DNA of 47,769 bases from Verrucomicrobiota bacterium (GCA_041688515.1 JBDNHZ010000085.1:1-47769); one strand, 5' to 3'; positions 8,768-18,276 are shown, numbered from the stretch's first letter. Numbers and translations are program-made. Notes: generated by a model from the letters alone, not told the origin.

Positions 8768-9247
8768 ATGAGCTGGACTGTAAAGGATGAGGGTCCGACG
8801 CCGCAGGTGTCCTTGGTGCCGGACGATATCGCGGAGATGCACGGAGCAGTCCGATTGATGCACGCCGCTCTGGAAGCGACCCAGGCGGCCGAACCGCCGG
8901 TCTGCTGGATCGATGGTCGGAGTGGATCCTTCAGCGTGCCTCAGTTGCTGTCGGTTTACACCTACGCAATGGCCCGCGGATACTTCGGGTGCGAGGAGAT
9001 CGAGGGTCAGATCAGGACCGACGGCTGTCTGCGCTACCTGGCTGGCCGACAACTGCTGGAGTCGGGTCTGCTGCGGCGCTTCCGCCGGGAACACGCGGCG
9101 CTGGTCCGATCGTCATTGGCCTTCCTCGTCAGCCGGATCTTGGGTCAATTGGATGCGTTGCCCCGACTGGGTTTCGATCCGCGGACCGAGGCAACCCGTC
9201 GCTTCAATCGGGCGGTGGCTGCCGACAGCCTCGAGATGGAGGTCTGA
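8768..9247 (+). CDS. Orphan transposase N-terminal (DUF772-like, IS5/IS1182-type) domain protein with no DDE catalytic domain
   Basis: ..FSVPQLLSVYTYAMARGYFGCEEIEGQIRTDGCLRYLAGRQLLESGLLRRFRREHAALV.. follows the DUF772 pattern (y.P..ll.vllYgy..G..SsR.iE..c.ed.afrwL.g....d..ti.rFR). The ORF stops after about 160 aa. A GTG at 8741 is an alternative start. Confidence 0.5.
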   Translation: MSWTVKDEGPTPQVSLVPDDIAEMHGAVRLMHAALEATQAAEPPVCWIDGRSGSFSVPQLLSVYTYAMARGYFGCEEIEGQIRTDGCLRYLAGRQLLESGLLRRFRREHAALVRSSLAFLVSRILGQLDALPRLGFDPRTEATRRFNRAVAADSLEMEV

Positions 9248-9250
9248 GCT

Positions 9251-9383
9251 GGGCGCATTCTGACACTGCCTCCGAGGGTCGAAGTGAATTCTCGGGCGGT
9301 CCCGGGAGAGTCCTGGGGGCGCGGGGGGCAAGAAGCGGGCGAGGACGCCCGCGCTCCCAGAAGGGAAAGTGTCAAGATGCGCC
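9251..9383. mobile_element. MITE-like element (family B), 133 bp with terminal inverted repeats
   Basis: Left end GGGCGCATTCTGACACTGCC. Right end AGTGTCAAGATGCGCCC, whose reverse complement is GGGCGCATCTTGACACT. It contains the C-motif GCGGGCGAGGACGCCCGCGCTCCCAG (9335-9360). Other copies are at 35137..35338 and 36383..36545. Confidence 0.75.
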
Positions 9384-9451
9384 CGTATGAGCTCGGAATT
9401 TGGGCGCGCACTTGACGGTCGTGCCGGGCAACCGGAGATTGCCTGCCAAGA

Positions 9452-9874
9452 ATGGCACGAAACAGGACACGACTCGGACGCGGTCAGATCCGTTCGTTCG
9501 AGATCCAGGTGGAATTCCTCCGGGGTTTGATTTTGCGGGATCCCGGGTATGTCGAGGCGCTGGCGGAACTGGCGGAACTGGAGTTGCAACTGGGTCGGGT
9601 CGAAGAGGCGCTCCGGCTGGATCAGCGATTGCGGGAACTGCAGCCGACGGACCCGGAGGTGCGTTACAATCTGGCCTGTTCGCTCTGTTTGAATCGCCAT
9701 TTCGAGCAGGCCGCCGCCGAGCTGTCGCACGCGTTGGAACTGGGATTCAAGGACGTGCAGTCCGTCCAGAGCGATCCGGACCTGGCGGATCTGCGGGCTC
9801 ACCCAGCGTTCCGTCCCATCGGTGCCCGGCTCCGCCGCCTCAAGGCGTCGCAGGGCTCAGCGGACGGATGCTGA
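9452..9874 (+). CDS. Tetratricopeptide (TPR) repeat protein
   Basis: TPR-like helical repeats (..YVEALAELAELELQLGRVEEALRLDQRLRELQPTDPEVRYNLACSL..). No other motif found. Confidence 0.65.
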   Translation: MARNRTRLGRGQIRSFEIQVEFLRGLILRDPGYVEALAELAELELQLGRVEEALRLDQRLRELQPTDPEVRYNLACSLCLNRHFEQAAAELSHALELGFKDVQSVQSDPDLADLRAHPAFRPIGARLRRLKASQGSADGC

Positions 9875-10667
9875 AGGCGTCGTGATCCACCTGAACGCGA
9901 GCCCGGAAGGCGCTGAAAAGCTTCCGTCCCTCCGCGTGGGTGGTCAGCAGCACGTTGGCCCAGTGCCCGGGCTCGATCGGCCTTCGCTGGATGGCAAATT
10001 CCAGGCGGTTCAAGGAGCCGACAAGCCCGCCGAGCAGGCGCAGCGCGGAGCGCAATCGGGCCTCGACCTTCACCAGCTCGAATTCCTCCGCATCGATCCA
10101 GATCTGGCCGTGAAGCGCGGAAAGCAGCCGATCTACGCTGGCGTTTGAATCTGCTGCGTCCGTGCGGGGTTCGTAGCCGAGCCGGAAGACCCGGCGGCCA
10201 TCGACCTGTTCCTCCGCCTCAAAGCGGTAGGTGAAACGACGGACCAGCGCTTCATCCAGGAAGTCGGGTCCCTTGCGTCGGCGTCCCACCTCCTTCCGCG
10301 CCTCCGAATCGCCCTTGCGATCGGAGTTCAGCTCCCGCTCGCTGGGTTCCTGGTCGTCTACCTTGACGAGCCAGGCGCGCACCACGCCGGCGCGGTTGGT
10401 GATGGCATACTCCTTGGATCGGGTTTCCCGGACGGTTCCGTCCTCGGTCAGTTGTTCCACCCGCGTCTTCCGCAAGTAACAGATCTCCTGCCGTGACTCG
10501 ACCTCGGCGGCCTCGCGAGCCCGGGCGAGGAATCGGCGAAGGATCTCGTCCACGTCCGGCACCTTCGGATCGGCGGCGATGCCCCGCGGCAGCAACAGGA
10601 GCAAACCGAGCCAGGCCACCAGGAGGAAGGCGGGGCATGGCCGGCGGTTGCATCGAAGAGAGTCCAT
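9840..10667 (-). CDS. Hypothetical secreted protein
   Basis: Long ORF with a signal peptide ([21 protein letters not shown]) when started at the ATG at 10667 (MDSLRC..). No recognisable catalytic motif. Its 3' end overlaps the convergent TPR gene by 35 nt. Confidence 0.6.
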   Translation of the reverse strand: MDSLRCNRRPCPAFLLVAWLGLLLLLPRGIAADPKVPDVDEILRRFLARAREAAEVESRQEICYLRKTRVEQLTEDGTVRETRSKEYAITNRAGVVRAWLVKVDDQEPSERELNSDRKGDSEARKEVGRRRKGPDFLDEALVRRFTYRFEAEEQVDGRRVFRLGYEPRTDAADSNASVDRLLSALHGQIWIDAEEFELVKVEARLRSALRLLGGLVGSLNRLEFAIQRRPIEPGHWANVLLTTHAEGRKLFSAFRARVQVDHDAFSIRPLSPATP

Positions 10668-10802
10668 TGGAGAGCAACCATAATGGGGAACAGGCGGCGG
10701 GCAACCTCGGGGACACCCCCTGATGGGGTAGCGAGAATTCACTGGGCGGTTTCGCGGGTCCCGATAGTTTCACGGCATCGGAAACCTTGCCGGATATCAA
10801 AC

Positions 10803-11768
10803 ATGAGCACGCTCCTGACAGGCCTGAAGCAGCATTCGATCGTGGTGGCGGACACCGGGGATTTTGCTGCGATGCGGAAGTACCAACCGCGCGATGCCAC
10901 GACCAATCCCAGCCTCCTTCTCAAGGCGGCCACCATGCCGGAGTATGTGGGCCTGGTGGATCGCGTGGTGGCCGAGTCCCGTCAGGCGGCACCCTCCGCG
11001 GCGGCGGCCCTGCCGATGGCCATGGACCGCCTGGCGGTGGCGTTCGGGCTGGAGATCCTCAACATCGTTCCCAACCGCGTTTCGACCGAGGTGGATGCCC
11101 GTCTGAGTTTCGACACCCGGGGCAGCATCGAAAAGGCGCTGACCCTGATCGGCCTCTACGAGGCGGCAGGCGTGTCCCGCGAGCGGATCCTGATCAAGCT
11201 GGCATCCACCTGGGAAGGGATCGAAGCCGCCCGACACCTCCGGCAATTCGGCATCCGCAGCAATCTGACCCTTCTCTTCTCCTTTGCCCAGGCGGTGGCC
11301 TGTGCCGAGGCGGGAGTGCAACTGATCTCGCCCTTCGTCGGACGGATCCTCGACTGGTACAAGAAGTCGACTGGTGTTGCCGGCTACGCTCCCTCCGAAG
11401 ATCCCGGCGTGCAGTCCGTCACGAAGATCTACACCTACTACAAGAAATTCGGCCATTCGACCGAGGTGATGGGTGCCTCCTTCCGCAATCGGGATCAGAT
11501 CCTCGAACTGGCTGGCTGCGATCTCCTGACCATCAGCCCGGGCCTGCTGGAGGAACTCGACTCGAACGTGGGCGAAGTGCCCCGGCGCTTGATCCCAGAA
11601 GTGGCCGCGGACGCCGTCCTGGAGCGGGTCGTCATGGACGAACGCACGTTCCGCTGGATGCACAACGAGGACGCCATGGCGACGGAGAAACTCTCCGAGG
11701 GTATCCGGTTGTTCGCAGCGGATTGCATCAAGCTGGAGCAGTTCCTGGCCGGTCGCCTCTCACGCTGA
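10803..11768 (+). CDS. tal: Transaldolase (TalB type)
   Basis: Near-colinear with the E. coli TalB pattern: [52 protein letters not shown] (active-site Lys), [30 protein letters not shown]. The ATG at 10803 gives 321 aa. Confidence 0.95.
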   Translation: MSTLLTGLKQHSIVVADTGDFAAMRKYQPRDATTNPSLLLKAATMPEYVGLVDRVVAESRQAAPSAAAALPMAMDRLAVAFGLEILNIVPNRVSTEVDARLSFDTRGSIEKALTLIGLYEAAGVSRERILIKLASTWEGIEAARHLRQFGIRSNLTLLFSFAQAVACAEAGVQLISPFVGRILDWYKKSTGVAGYAPSEDPGVQSVTKIYTYYKKFGHSTEVMGASFRNRDQILELAGCDLLTISPGLLEELDSNVGEVPRRLIPEVAADAVLERVVMDERTFRWMHNEDAMATEKLSEGIRLFAADCIKLEQFLAGRLSR

Positions 11769-11790
11769 ACGGGCCCCTGTAACCTTCCGG

Positions 11791-11816
11791 GGTTGCCGTT
11801 GTAGCAGACGGCAACC
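11791..11816 (+). terminator. Stem-loop between tal and the next gene (possible terminator or translation-control hairpin)
   Basis: GGTTGCCGT-tgtagcag-ACGGCAACC, a 9-bp perfect stem. It ends 1 nt before the ATG at 11818. There is no U-tract. Confidence 0.35.
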
Positions 11817-11817
11817 C

Positions 11818-12615
11818 ATGCAATCAAAAGTGCCACCCGGACGGCTTGGGGCCGTCCGGGAATTCCCCAAGGCCGGGCTCACGCTGATCGAGTTGGTCGT
11901 GGTTCTGGCCATCCTCAGCGCCCTGGCCGGGTTGGTGTCCGCCTACTTCCCCGATCTCATCCGAAGAAGCGGGGGTGCCGTCGGGGGTGCCTCTCTGATG
12001 GACCTGATGAAAGCCCTCGAACGGCATCGGGTCCGGTCCGGGCAGTTTCCCGACGAATACGATTCGCTGATCGAAGCGCCCTACACGCTCTACTCGGCGA
12101 TTCCCGTCGCCGCGAGGCGTCAGTTGCGACCCAAGGATCTCGATAATGCCGACCGCCTGATCCTTCGCGCCAATGGCATCAAGACCGCCTGGATGCACGT
12201 TCCTCCCAACGGCCAGCCGGTCACCTGGCAACCGCTCTCCTCCACCAAGGCGCTCGATGTCAATGCGGGCGGCTTTGCGGCAGACGACGTCGCCGCCCTT
12301 GACCCGACCCGGATCAATCCGGACGTCCTCTTTGGCCCGGGCACACGCCGGGGAACCGTCAACGAATCCTTCGTCGTGTTTGGCATCGGGGACCGCTGCA
12401 CCCTGGTGGGGGCAGGAGCGGAGTTGGTGCAGGCCCCCCTCGCACCCGTGACCAGCGCAGCGCTCGACCCCGGGGATCGATACATGCGCCTGGCGCTGGT
12501 CTTTCGTCTGGATCGCGATGATCGCACGCCCTTCCGCTTCCTCGGTGCGGTGGGATTTTCGGAGACGGGCATCGCGACGGCCTCGGATATGTCGCGCAAA
12601 TGGTGGGCGAAGTAG
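11818..12615 (+). CDS. Prepilin-type N-terminal cleavage/methylation domain protein (pseudopilin-like)
   Basis: GLTLIELVVVLAILSALAGLV N-terminal motif. The remainder is not assignable. Confidence 0.7.
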   Translation: MQSKVPPGRLGAVREFPKAGLTLIELVVVLAILSALAGLVSAYFPDLIRRSGGAVGGASLMDLMKALERHRVRSGQFPDEYDSLIEAPYTLYSAIPVAARRQLRPKDLDNADRLILRANGIKTAWMHVPPNGQPVTWQPLSSTKALDVNAGGFAADDVAALDPTRINPDVLFGPGTRRGTVNESFVVFGIGDRCTLVGAGAELVQAPLAPVTSAALDPGDRYMRLALVFRLDRDDRTPFRFLGAVGFSETGIATASDMSRKWWAK

Positions 12616-12692
12616 GGAGGGGAGCCGAGACGGCAACTTCCCGCCCTCCCGGTCCATCGACACGCGCCAGAAGCGTCCCTAGGGTGGGGGCG

Positions 12693-13571
12693 ATGTTGGA
12701 TGCCAAGTATGCGCGGTTGCGGGAATTGCTGGGGAGCTACGGCTCCTGTCTGGTGGCGTATTCGGGTGGGGTCGATTCCGTCTTCCTGGCGCAGGTGGCG
12801 TTTGATGTGCTGGGCGATCGTTCGCTGGCAGTCATCGCGGATTCACCCTCGCTGCCAAGGCGGGAACTGGCCGAGGCGCTGGAGTTGGGCCAACGCTTCG
12901 GTTTCCCGGTCCGGGTGGTCGGAACCGCGGAGTTCGACAATCCCTCCTACCTCGCGAACCCGACCAACCGCTGTTATTTCTGCAAGCACGCCTTGTTCAG
13001 TGAACTCGGGCCGCTGGCCAAGTCCGGTGGGTTCGAGGTGGTCGTTTACGGAGAAAACGCCAGCGATGTCGGGGATCATCGCCCGGGTGCCCAGGCGGCC
13101 TCGGAGTTTGCCGTGCGCGCCCCCCTGAAGGAGGTCGGTTTGACCAAGGCCGAGATCCGCGCGTTGAGTGCCCGGCTTGGGTTGCCGACCGCCGACAAAC
13201 CCCAGATGGCCTGCCTCAGTTCCCGGATTCCCACCGGGGAATCCGTGACGCCAGCCAAGCTCCGGATGATCGAGCAGGCGGAAGATTTCCTGCGCGGTCT
13301 GGGCTTTCTCGACGTGCGGGTACGACATCATCAGGCGGGCACCGCTGCACTCGCCCGGGTGGAATTGGGATCGGCCGAACTGCCGCGCTTCCTCGTCAGC
13401 TCATCTCATACGGAGGTCGTCGCCCGGCTTCAGGAGATCGGTTACCTGCACGTGACCCTGGACCTGGCGGGCTACCGACGGGGCAGCACCAATGGCGTCC
13501 GTCAGCCCACCGTCAGCTCCATCGAGATGCGGGCGCGCCCAGTCCCGGACCTCCGGAGGGGCGACGCGTGA
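12693..13571 (+). CDS. larE: PP-loop ATP pyrophosphatase, LarE-like sulfur transferase (TIGR00268-type)
   Basis: PP-loop VAYSGGVDS. CYFCK motif. ..MACLSSRIP.. segment typical of the LarE family. The ATG at 12693 (MLDAKY..) was chosen. No larB/larC in the window. Confidence 0.7.
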   Translation: MLDAKYARLRELLGSYGSCLVAYSGGVDSVFLAQVAFDVLGDRSLAVIADSPSLPRRELAEALELGQRFGFPVRVVGTAEFDNPSYLANPTNRCYFCKHALFSELGPLAKSGGFEVVVYGENASDVGDHRPGAQAASEFAVRAPLKEVGLTKAEIRALSARLGLPTADKPQMACLSSRIPTGESVTPAKLRMIEQAEDFLRGLGFLDVRVRHHQAGTAALARVELGSAELPRFLVSSSHTEVVARLQEIGYLHVTLDLAGYRRGSTNGVRQPTVSSIEMRARPVPDLRRGDA

Positions 13572-14257
13572 AGAAGACCGGCACGATTCAGGTCTTGGTG
13601 ACCGGCACCGACACGGACGTCGGCAAGACCGTGTTCACGGCCAGCTTTCTCACCTGGTTGCGGGCACAGGGGATCCCGTCGATTGGATTCAAGCCGTTGG
13701 CCTCCGGCGGACGCGAGGATGCAGAACGCCTGTTTGCCGCGCAGGATGGCGCGGTGCCGCTGGATGTGATCAATCCCTGGCATTTCCCCGAGCCCCTGGC
13801 ACCCCTGCTGGCGGCGCGGCGGGCCGGACGACGGGTCACGCTGGAGGCCCTGGCTGGCCACGTCCGGATGGCGTCGCGCGGACTGAGGATGTCGGTGGTC
13901 GAGTCCGCCGGGGGCTTGTTGAGTCCGCTGCTGGAGGGGGCGGACGCACCCCAGCTGATCGTGAGTCTGGATGCGTGGCCGGTGGTGGTGGCGGTGGATC
14001 GACTGGGGGTGGTGGGTCAGGTGCGCCTGGTCTGGGCGTCGTTGCCGGAACGGTCCCGTCGGCGCGCGCAGGTCGTGTTGATGTCCGCTGCCCGCCCGGA
14101 CACCTCGACCGAGACCAATCTAGGTCTGCTCTCCGAGTACCTCGGGGCGGATCGGATTCACCGGTTTCCCTGGCTGACACGACGGGAACTGCGAGGCGGC
14201 GGAGGCCGAAAGGTGGAGGCAGTCTGCGCGGCGGTGGCCAAAGGATTGGGGCTGTAA
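13568..14257 (+). CDS. bioD: Dethiobiotin synthase
   Basis: VTGTDTDVGKT P-loop characteristic of BioD, followed by ESAGGLLSP. The GTG start overlaps the larE-like stop (GTGA). Confidence 0.8.
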   Translation: MKKTGTIQVLVTGTDTDVGKTVFTASFLTWLRAQGIPSIGFKPLASGGREDAERLFAAQDGAVPLDVINPWHFPEPLAPLLAARRAGRRVTLEALAGHVRMASRGLRMSVVESAGGLLSPLLEGADAPQLIVSLDAWPVVVAVDRLGVVGQVRLVWASLPERSRRRAQVVLMSAARPDTSTETNLGLLSEYLGADRIHRFPWLTRRELRGGGGRKVEAVCAAVAKGLGL

Positions 14258-14301
14258 GCCGGGGCTTGGAGCGTTGGGTAGGAGTGGGCTAGCCTCCACG
14301 G

Positions 14302-15561
14302 ATGCGTCGAATCCGTCGGATGATCGGTTCATGGAACTCGGGATTTCTGGTCGGGAGCTTCGTGGCGTCGGGGGGCGCACTGGCCGGTGATTGGCCTGAG
14401 TTCCGCGGACCCGGTGCCATGGGCCAATCGGCGGCGAAGAATGTTCCGGTCCGATGGAGCGCGACCGAGAACGTGGTCTGGAAGCAGGAGGTGCCGGGGG
14501 CCGGGTGGTCCTCGCCGGTCCTGGCCAAGGGAAAGCTGTACCTGACGACGGCGATCCAGACCCCCGCGGGCGGGCTGACCTTGAAGGCCCTTGCCTATGA
14601 TGCAAAGACTGGCAAGCCGGTCTGGGAAACGACGACGTTCGAATCCTCAGTGAGCGGTCCTTCGATCCACTCGAAGAATGGCCAGGCAAGCCCGACCCCG
14701 ATCGTGACGGACGACCGGTTGTATGTGCATTTCGGTCACCACGGAACCGCGGCCTTGGATCTCAAGGGCGGGGTGGTCTGGCGTCAGGATGCAATCCGGT
14801 ACACCCCGGTGCATGGGAATGGCGGGTCGCCCGCCCTCGTCGATGGCCTGCTGGTGTTCGGTGTCGATGGCGCCAGCGACCCGCGGGTGGTGGCGCTGGA
14901 TGCCCGGGATGGAAAGGTCCGTTGGGAGACTCCTCGTGAAACCCCGGCCAAGCGGAAGTTCTCGTTCTCGACGCCGCTGGTGATCGTCGACGGCGGCAAA
15001 TCCCAGGTGATCAGCCCCGGCAGCGGTGCGGTGTGCGCCTACGATCCCACCACCGGCACGGAACTCTGGCGCGTGCGTTACGGCGAAGGTTACTCGGTGG
15101 TCCCGCGCCCGGTATTGTCGGGTGGCCTGCTGTTCCTGGCCAGCGGCTACGATCGTCCGGTCGTGTACGCCATCCGTCCGGGCGGGAAGGGCGATGTGAC
15201 GGATTCACACGTGGTCTGGACGTTGGCGAAGGGCGCACCGAACACGCCGTCGATGGTGGTGGTGGACGACCTGTTGTACTGCGTCTCCGATGCGGGCATT
15301 GCCAGTGCCATCGAGGCGGCCACCGGCAAAGGGGTCTGGAGCGAGCGATTGGGCGGGGATTTTTCGTCGTCGATTGTCCATGCCGACGGCCGTCTCTACT
15401 TCCAGAACGAGGCGGGCGTTGGGTTCGTGGTAAAGCCCGGACGGCAGTTCGAATTGATCGCCCGGAATGATCTGGCCGAACGTACCCTGGCCTCCTATGC
15501 CGTCGATGACGGCACCCTCTACATCCGCACCGCCGGCCATCTCTACCGGGTGGGGAAATGA
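14302..15561 (+). CDS. PQQ-like beta-propeller repeat protein (BamB/PQQ enzyme repeat family)
   Basis: N-terminal signal. DWPEFRGP..W..EVPGAGWSSPVLAKGKLYLTT and repeated ..G..lW pattern typical of PQQ-like propellers. Confidence 0.75.
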   Translation: MRRIRRMIGSWNSGFLVGSFVASGGALAGDWPEFRGPGAMGQSAAKNVPVRWSATENVVWKQEVPGAGWSSPVLAKGKLYLTTAIQTPAGGLTLKALAYDAKTGKPVWETTTFESSVSGPSIHSKNGQASPTPIVTDDRLYVHFGHHGTAALDLKGGVVWRQDAIRYTPVHGNGGSPALVDGLLVFGVDGASDPRVVALDARDGKVRWETPRETPAKRKFSFSTPLVIVDGGKSQVISPGSGAVCAYDPTTGTELWRVRYGEGYSVVPRPVLSGGLLFLASGYDRPVVYAIRPGGKGDVTDSHVVWTLAKGAPNTPSMVVVDDLLYCVSDAGIASAIEAATGKGVWSERLGGDFSSSIVHADGRLYFQNEAGVGFVVKPGRQFELIARNDLAERTLASYAVDDGTLYIRTAGHLYRVGK

Positions 15562-15627
15562 GGCGGGGCGGGCGGTTTATTTCGCACAGCCCCGTCCAAC
15601 GACACAATCCATTCAAAAGCTTCAAAG

Positions 15628-16134
15628 ATGATCACGCTCTCGCCGCGCTGGATGTTCCTCCTGGTCACCTTGGCCACGGTGGTCTGCCCGCCGTTGGCCC
15701 GAGCATTTGTCCAGCCCGAGAACACCGCCTGGTTCCTCTTCCCCGGCTCGCGTCTTCCTTCGGACGTGTCCGGCTACCGGGCCATCGCCGAGGGGGACTT
15801 CGCAATCGCGGTGAGGCGGGATGGCCGGATGGACGCCTGGGTGCCTCCCGATTGGCAGTCGGCCGCCGCACGGGTCACCAATGCCGTGGACGCCGCGGTC
15901 GGTTCCCATGGGTGGACTGTGCTTCGTTCCGACGGCACCGTGGAGTTCGGCGGCGTCGAGGGCTATCCGCCGGTGATCGAGACCCCGACTTCAGCGCCCT
16001 TTCCGGTCAATGCCACGAATCTGGTGGCGATTGCCGAGGGAGACGAGCATACCCTGATGCTGAGTGCCAGTGGGCGAGTGTTCGCCACCGGAAAGAACAC
16101 CTACCTCCAATGCAGAACGGCAGCCGACGGCTGA
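15628..16134 (+). CDS. RCC1-repeat protein, N-terminal part (ends at a TGA that coincides with a frame break)
   Basis: Signal peptide MFLLVTLATVVCPPLARA. RCC1-like blade GDEHTLMLSASGRVFATGKNTYLQC. The stop at 16132-16134 falls inside a repeat unit. Confidence 0.65.
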   Translation: MITLSPRWMFLLVTLATVVCPPLARAFVQPENTAWFLFPGSRLPSDVSGYRAIAEGDFAIAVRRDGRMDAWVPPDWQSAAARVTNAVDAAVGSHGWTVLRSDGTVEFGGVEGYPPVIETPTSAPFPVNATNLVAIAEGDEHTLMLSASGRVFATGKNTYLQCRTAADG

Positions 16135-16978
16135 ATCTGCAGGGGGGCCGTGGGTCGATGCGGGCTTTGCCTGGTCCTTCTTGGCCGCGCTGGACCGGGA
16201 GGGAACGCTCTACCTGTTTGCAGGCGGGTGGAGCCTGCTGACGTACCGCCTCAAACGTCCTGCCGGGGCCTGGACCAGGATGCGCGTGGGTACCCACGGC
16301 GTCCTCCTCCTGGACGATCGCGGCGAGATCTACTTCGTCCGAACCTCAAGCGGGAACCTTCCGGTGATCGTAGAACTCTTGCTGAGACCCGCCGCCGTTC
16401 GCAAATGGCAGGATCTCGACTTCGGCGAGCAGCATTTTCTCGGGTTGAGCGACGACGGCCAACTCTACTCGTCGGGTAGCAATTTGTATGGGCAACTCGG
16501 TTCGGGCGATGCGACCGGACAGGATCCGGGCTGGCGCAAGGTCGTGATGCCTCCGGGGGTGACCGCGTGGACCTCGTTCGCCGCAGGCCGAGCCCATTCG
16601 ATGGCCGTCGGCAACGACTGCTCGCTCTATGGCTGGGGCTGGAATGGCGGGGGCGAGCTGGGCATCCCCGCTTCGGGATCGGTGTTCCAACCGACCCGGA
16701 CCACCACCGTCGATGGCGTGTGCGGCTCCATGCTCGTGTTCATGAGGAATGCCGCGACCCGGCTGGAAGACGGCACCTTCAAGCTGGCATTTCCTACCCT
16801 TCAGAATCGCAACTACTTCGTCCAGTACTCCGACGACTTCTCGACCTGGAGGACCGCCTTCCCGCCCATCGTCGGCACCGGAAATACGGTCGAGTGGATC
16901 GACGCTGGCCCACCGGCAACGGACTCCTCGGCGGCGGACCGTGTCGGACGATGGTACCGCATCCTGCTCGCACCGTAG
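16064..16978 (+). CDS. RCC1-repeat protein, C-terminal part (meaningful coding from about 16133)
   Basis: RCC1 blades GEQHFLGLSDDGQLYSSGSNLYGQLGSGD and GRAHSMAVGNDCSLYGWGWNGGGELG. Deleting one base at about 16132 joins ..RTAADG to ESAGGPWVDAGF.. in one frame. Confidence 0.7.
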   Translation: MPVGECSPPERTPTSNAERQPTAESAGGPWVDAGFAWSFLAALDREGTLYLFAGGWSLLTYRLKRPAGAWTRMRVGTHGVLLLDDRGEIYFVRTSSGNLPVIVELLLRPAAVRKWQDLDFGEQHFLGLSDDGQLYSSGSNLYGQLGSGDATGQDPGWRKVVMPPGVTAWTSFAAGRAHSMAVGNDCSLYGWGWNGGGELGIPASGSVFQPTRTTTVDGVCGSMLVFMRNAATRLEDGTFKLAFPTLQNRNYFVQYSDDFSTWRTAFPPIVGTGNTVEWIDAGPPATDSSAADRVGRWYRILLAP

Positions 16979-17020
16979 CCAGCTCCACCCAAACCGGCGG
17001 GGGCGGAAGGGGCGGAGTTC

Positions 17021-17046
17021 CCAGACTTTTGGAATCCAAAGTCTGG
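17021..17046. terminator. Hairpin between convergent genes (candidate bidirectional terminator)
   Basis: CCAGACTTT-tggaatcc-AAAGTCTGG, a 9-bp perfect stem. It lies in the 101-bp gap between the RCC1 gene (+) and the flavoprotein gene (-). Confidence 0.45.
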
Positions 17047-17079
17047 CAACTGGGAACCGGCAACTCGGAACTCTCCCAG

Positions 17080-18276
17080 TCAGGCCGCACTGCCCGCGGC
17101 GTGACCCGAGGCCCAGGCCCACTGGAAGTTGTAGCCGCCGAGCCACCCGGTAATGTCGACCACCTCGCCGATAAAGAAGAGTCCCGGTGCCTTCCGGCTC
17201 TCCATCGTCTTGGACGAGAGCTCAGCCGTATCCACTCCTCCCAGCGTGACCTCTGCCTTCGGGTAGCCTTCATCCCCGGCGGGTTGAATGGTCCATTGCC
17301 CGAGTTGTCTGCCCAGGGATTCCAGGTCTTTTCGGGAGAGTTGCGCCAGCGGACGATCCGGGATGCCCCGGCTGCACCAGGCCTGGGCGAGGCGATCCGG
17401 CCAGACGGTCCGCAGCACTTGCCGCGGGGTTTGGGTCAACCGCTGCCGGTCGGTGAACCAGGTGGGGATGTCGATTCCCGGCAGCAGATTCAGGTGGATT
17501 GGACTGCCGGGTTCGCGCTGGGAAGAAACCTGGAGGATCGCGGGGCCGCTCAGGCCGCGGTGGGTAAACAATACCGCCTCCTTGAAGCGCGGAGTGCCCG
17601 GACCGGCCTGCGCCTCGCATTCGATCGCCAGTCCGCTCAACTCGCTGAACACCGCCGAATCAGCCGGATTCCAGGTGAGGGGAACGAGACCTGGGCGGGG
17701 ATCAATGACGCGGAGGTCGAACTGCCGGGCGAGGTCGTATCCGAAGGGGGTGGCACCCAGCTTGGGAAAGGAAAGGGCACCGCACGCCACCACCACGCTG
17801 GAGGCACGAAAGGTGCCCTGGGAGGTGACCACTTCCCAGGGACGCACCTCTGCCGGGTGCGCCCGGGTCACCGACTGGATCCGGCAACCGGTGTGGATGC
17901 GGGCTCCGACATCGGCGCACTCGGCTTCGAGGAGGGCGAGGATCTGGCGGGAGCTCTGATCGCAGAACAACTGGCCCAACTTTTTCTCGTGCCAGGCGAT
18001 GCCGTGCTGCTCGACGAGACGCAGGAAATCGGCGGGCGTGTAGCGGGCGAGGGCGGACTTCGGGAAGTGAGGACTGCCGTGGGTGACGTAGTTGGCGGCG
18101 GTGGCACCGAGGTTGGTGAAATTGCAGCGGCCCCCTCCCGAGATGAGGATCTTGTTGCCGGCGCGGGACTGGTGTTCGAGCACCGCAGCGCGGCGTCCAT
18201 TGAGGCCGGCAACGCGGGCGCAAAACAGGCCGGCAGCGCCGCCTCCGAGGACGATGACATCGAGATCGTGAGTCAC
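17080..18276 (-). CDS. NAD(P)/FAD-dependent oxidoreductase, HI0933/YhiN (BaiN-like) flavoprotein family
   Basis: DVIVLGGGAAGLFCA dinucleotide-binding motif followed by KILISGGGRCNFTN, diagnostic of the HI0933-like family. C-terminal FFIGEVVDITGWLGGYNFQWAWASG. Confidence 0.85.
   Translation of the reverse strand: MTHDLDVIVLGGGAAGLFCARVAGLNGRRAAVLEHQSRAGNKILISGGGRCNFTNLGATAANYVTHGSPHFPKSALARYTPADFLRLVEQHGIAWHEKKLGQLFCDQSSRQILALLEAECADVGARIHTGCRIQSVTRAHPAEVRPWEVVTSQGTFRASSVVVACGALSFPKLGATPFGYDLARQFDLRVIDPRPGLVPLTWNPADSAVFSELSGLAIECEAQAGPGTPRFKEAVLFTHRGLSGPAILQVSSQREPGSPIHLNLLPGIDIPTWFTDRQRLTQTPRQVLRTVWPDRLAQAWCSRGIPDRPLAQLSRKDLESLGRQLGQWTIQPAGDEGYPKAEVTLGGVDTAELSSKTMESRKAPGLFFIGEVVDITGWLGGYNFQWAWASGHAAGSAA

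Noticed and set aside
12693-14257. The larE-like/bioD overlap as a novel biotin-related sulfur-insertion pair
   Set aside because: A 4-nt overlap alone does not establish functional linkage. TIGR00268-type PP-loop genes occur in many contexts, and no bioB/bioA or larB/larC is nearby to support either pathway.
16120-16140. Programmed +1 ribosomal frameshift (prfB-like) at the GGC-TGA-A site in the RCC1 gene
   Set aside because: There is no slippery P-site codon (GGC to GCU re-pairing is poor), no upstream Shine-Dalgarno-like stimulator is evident, and two other unrelated genes in the window show similar 1-nt breaks. A mutation or assembly indel is more parsimonious.
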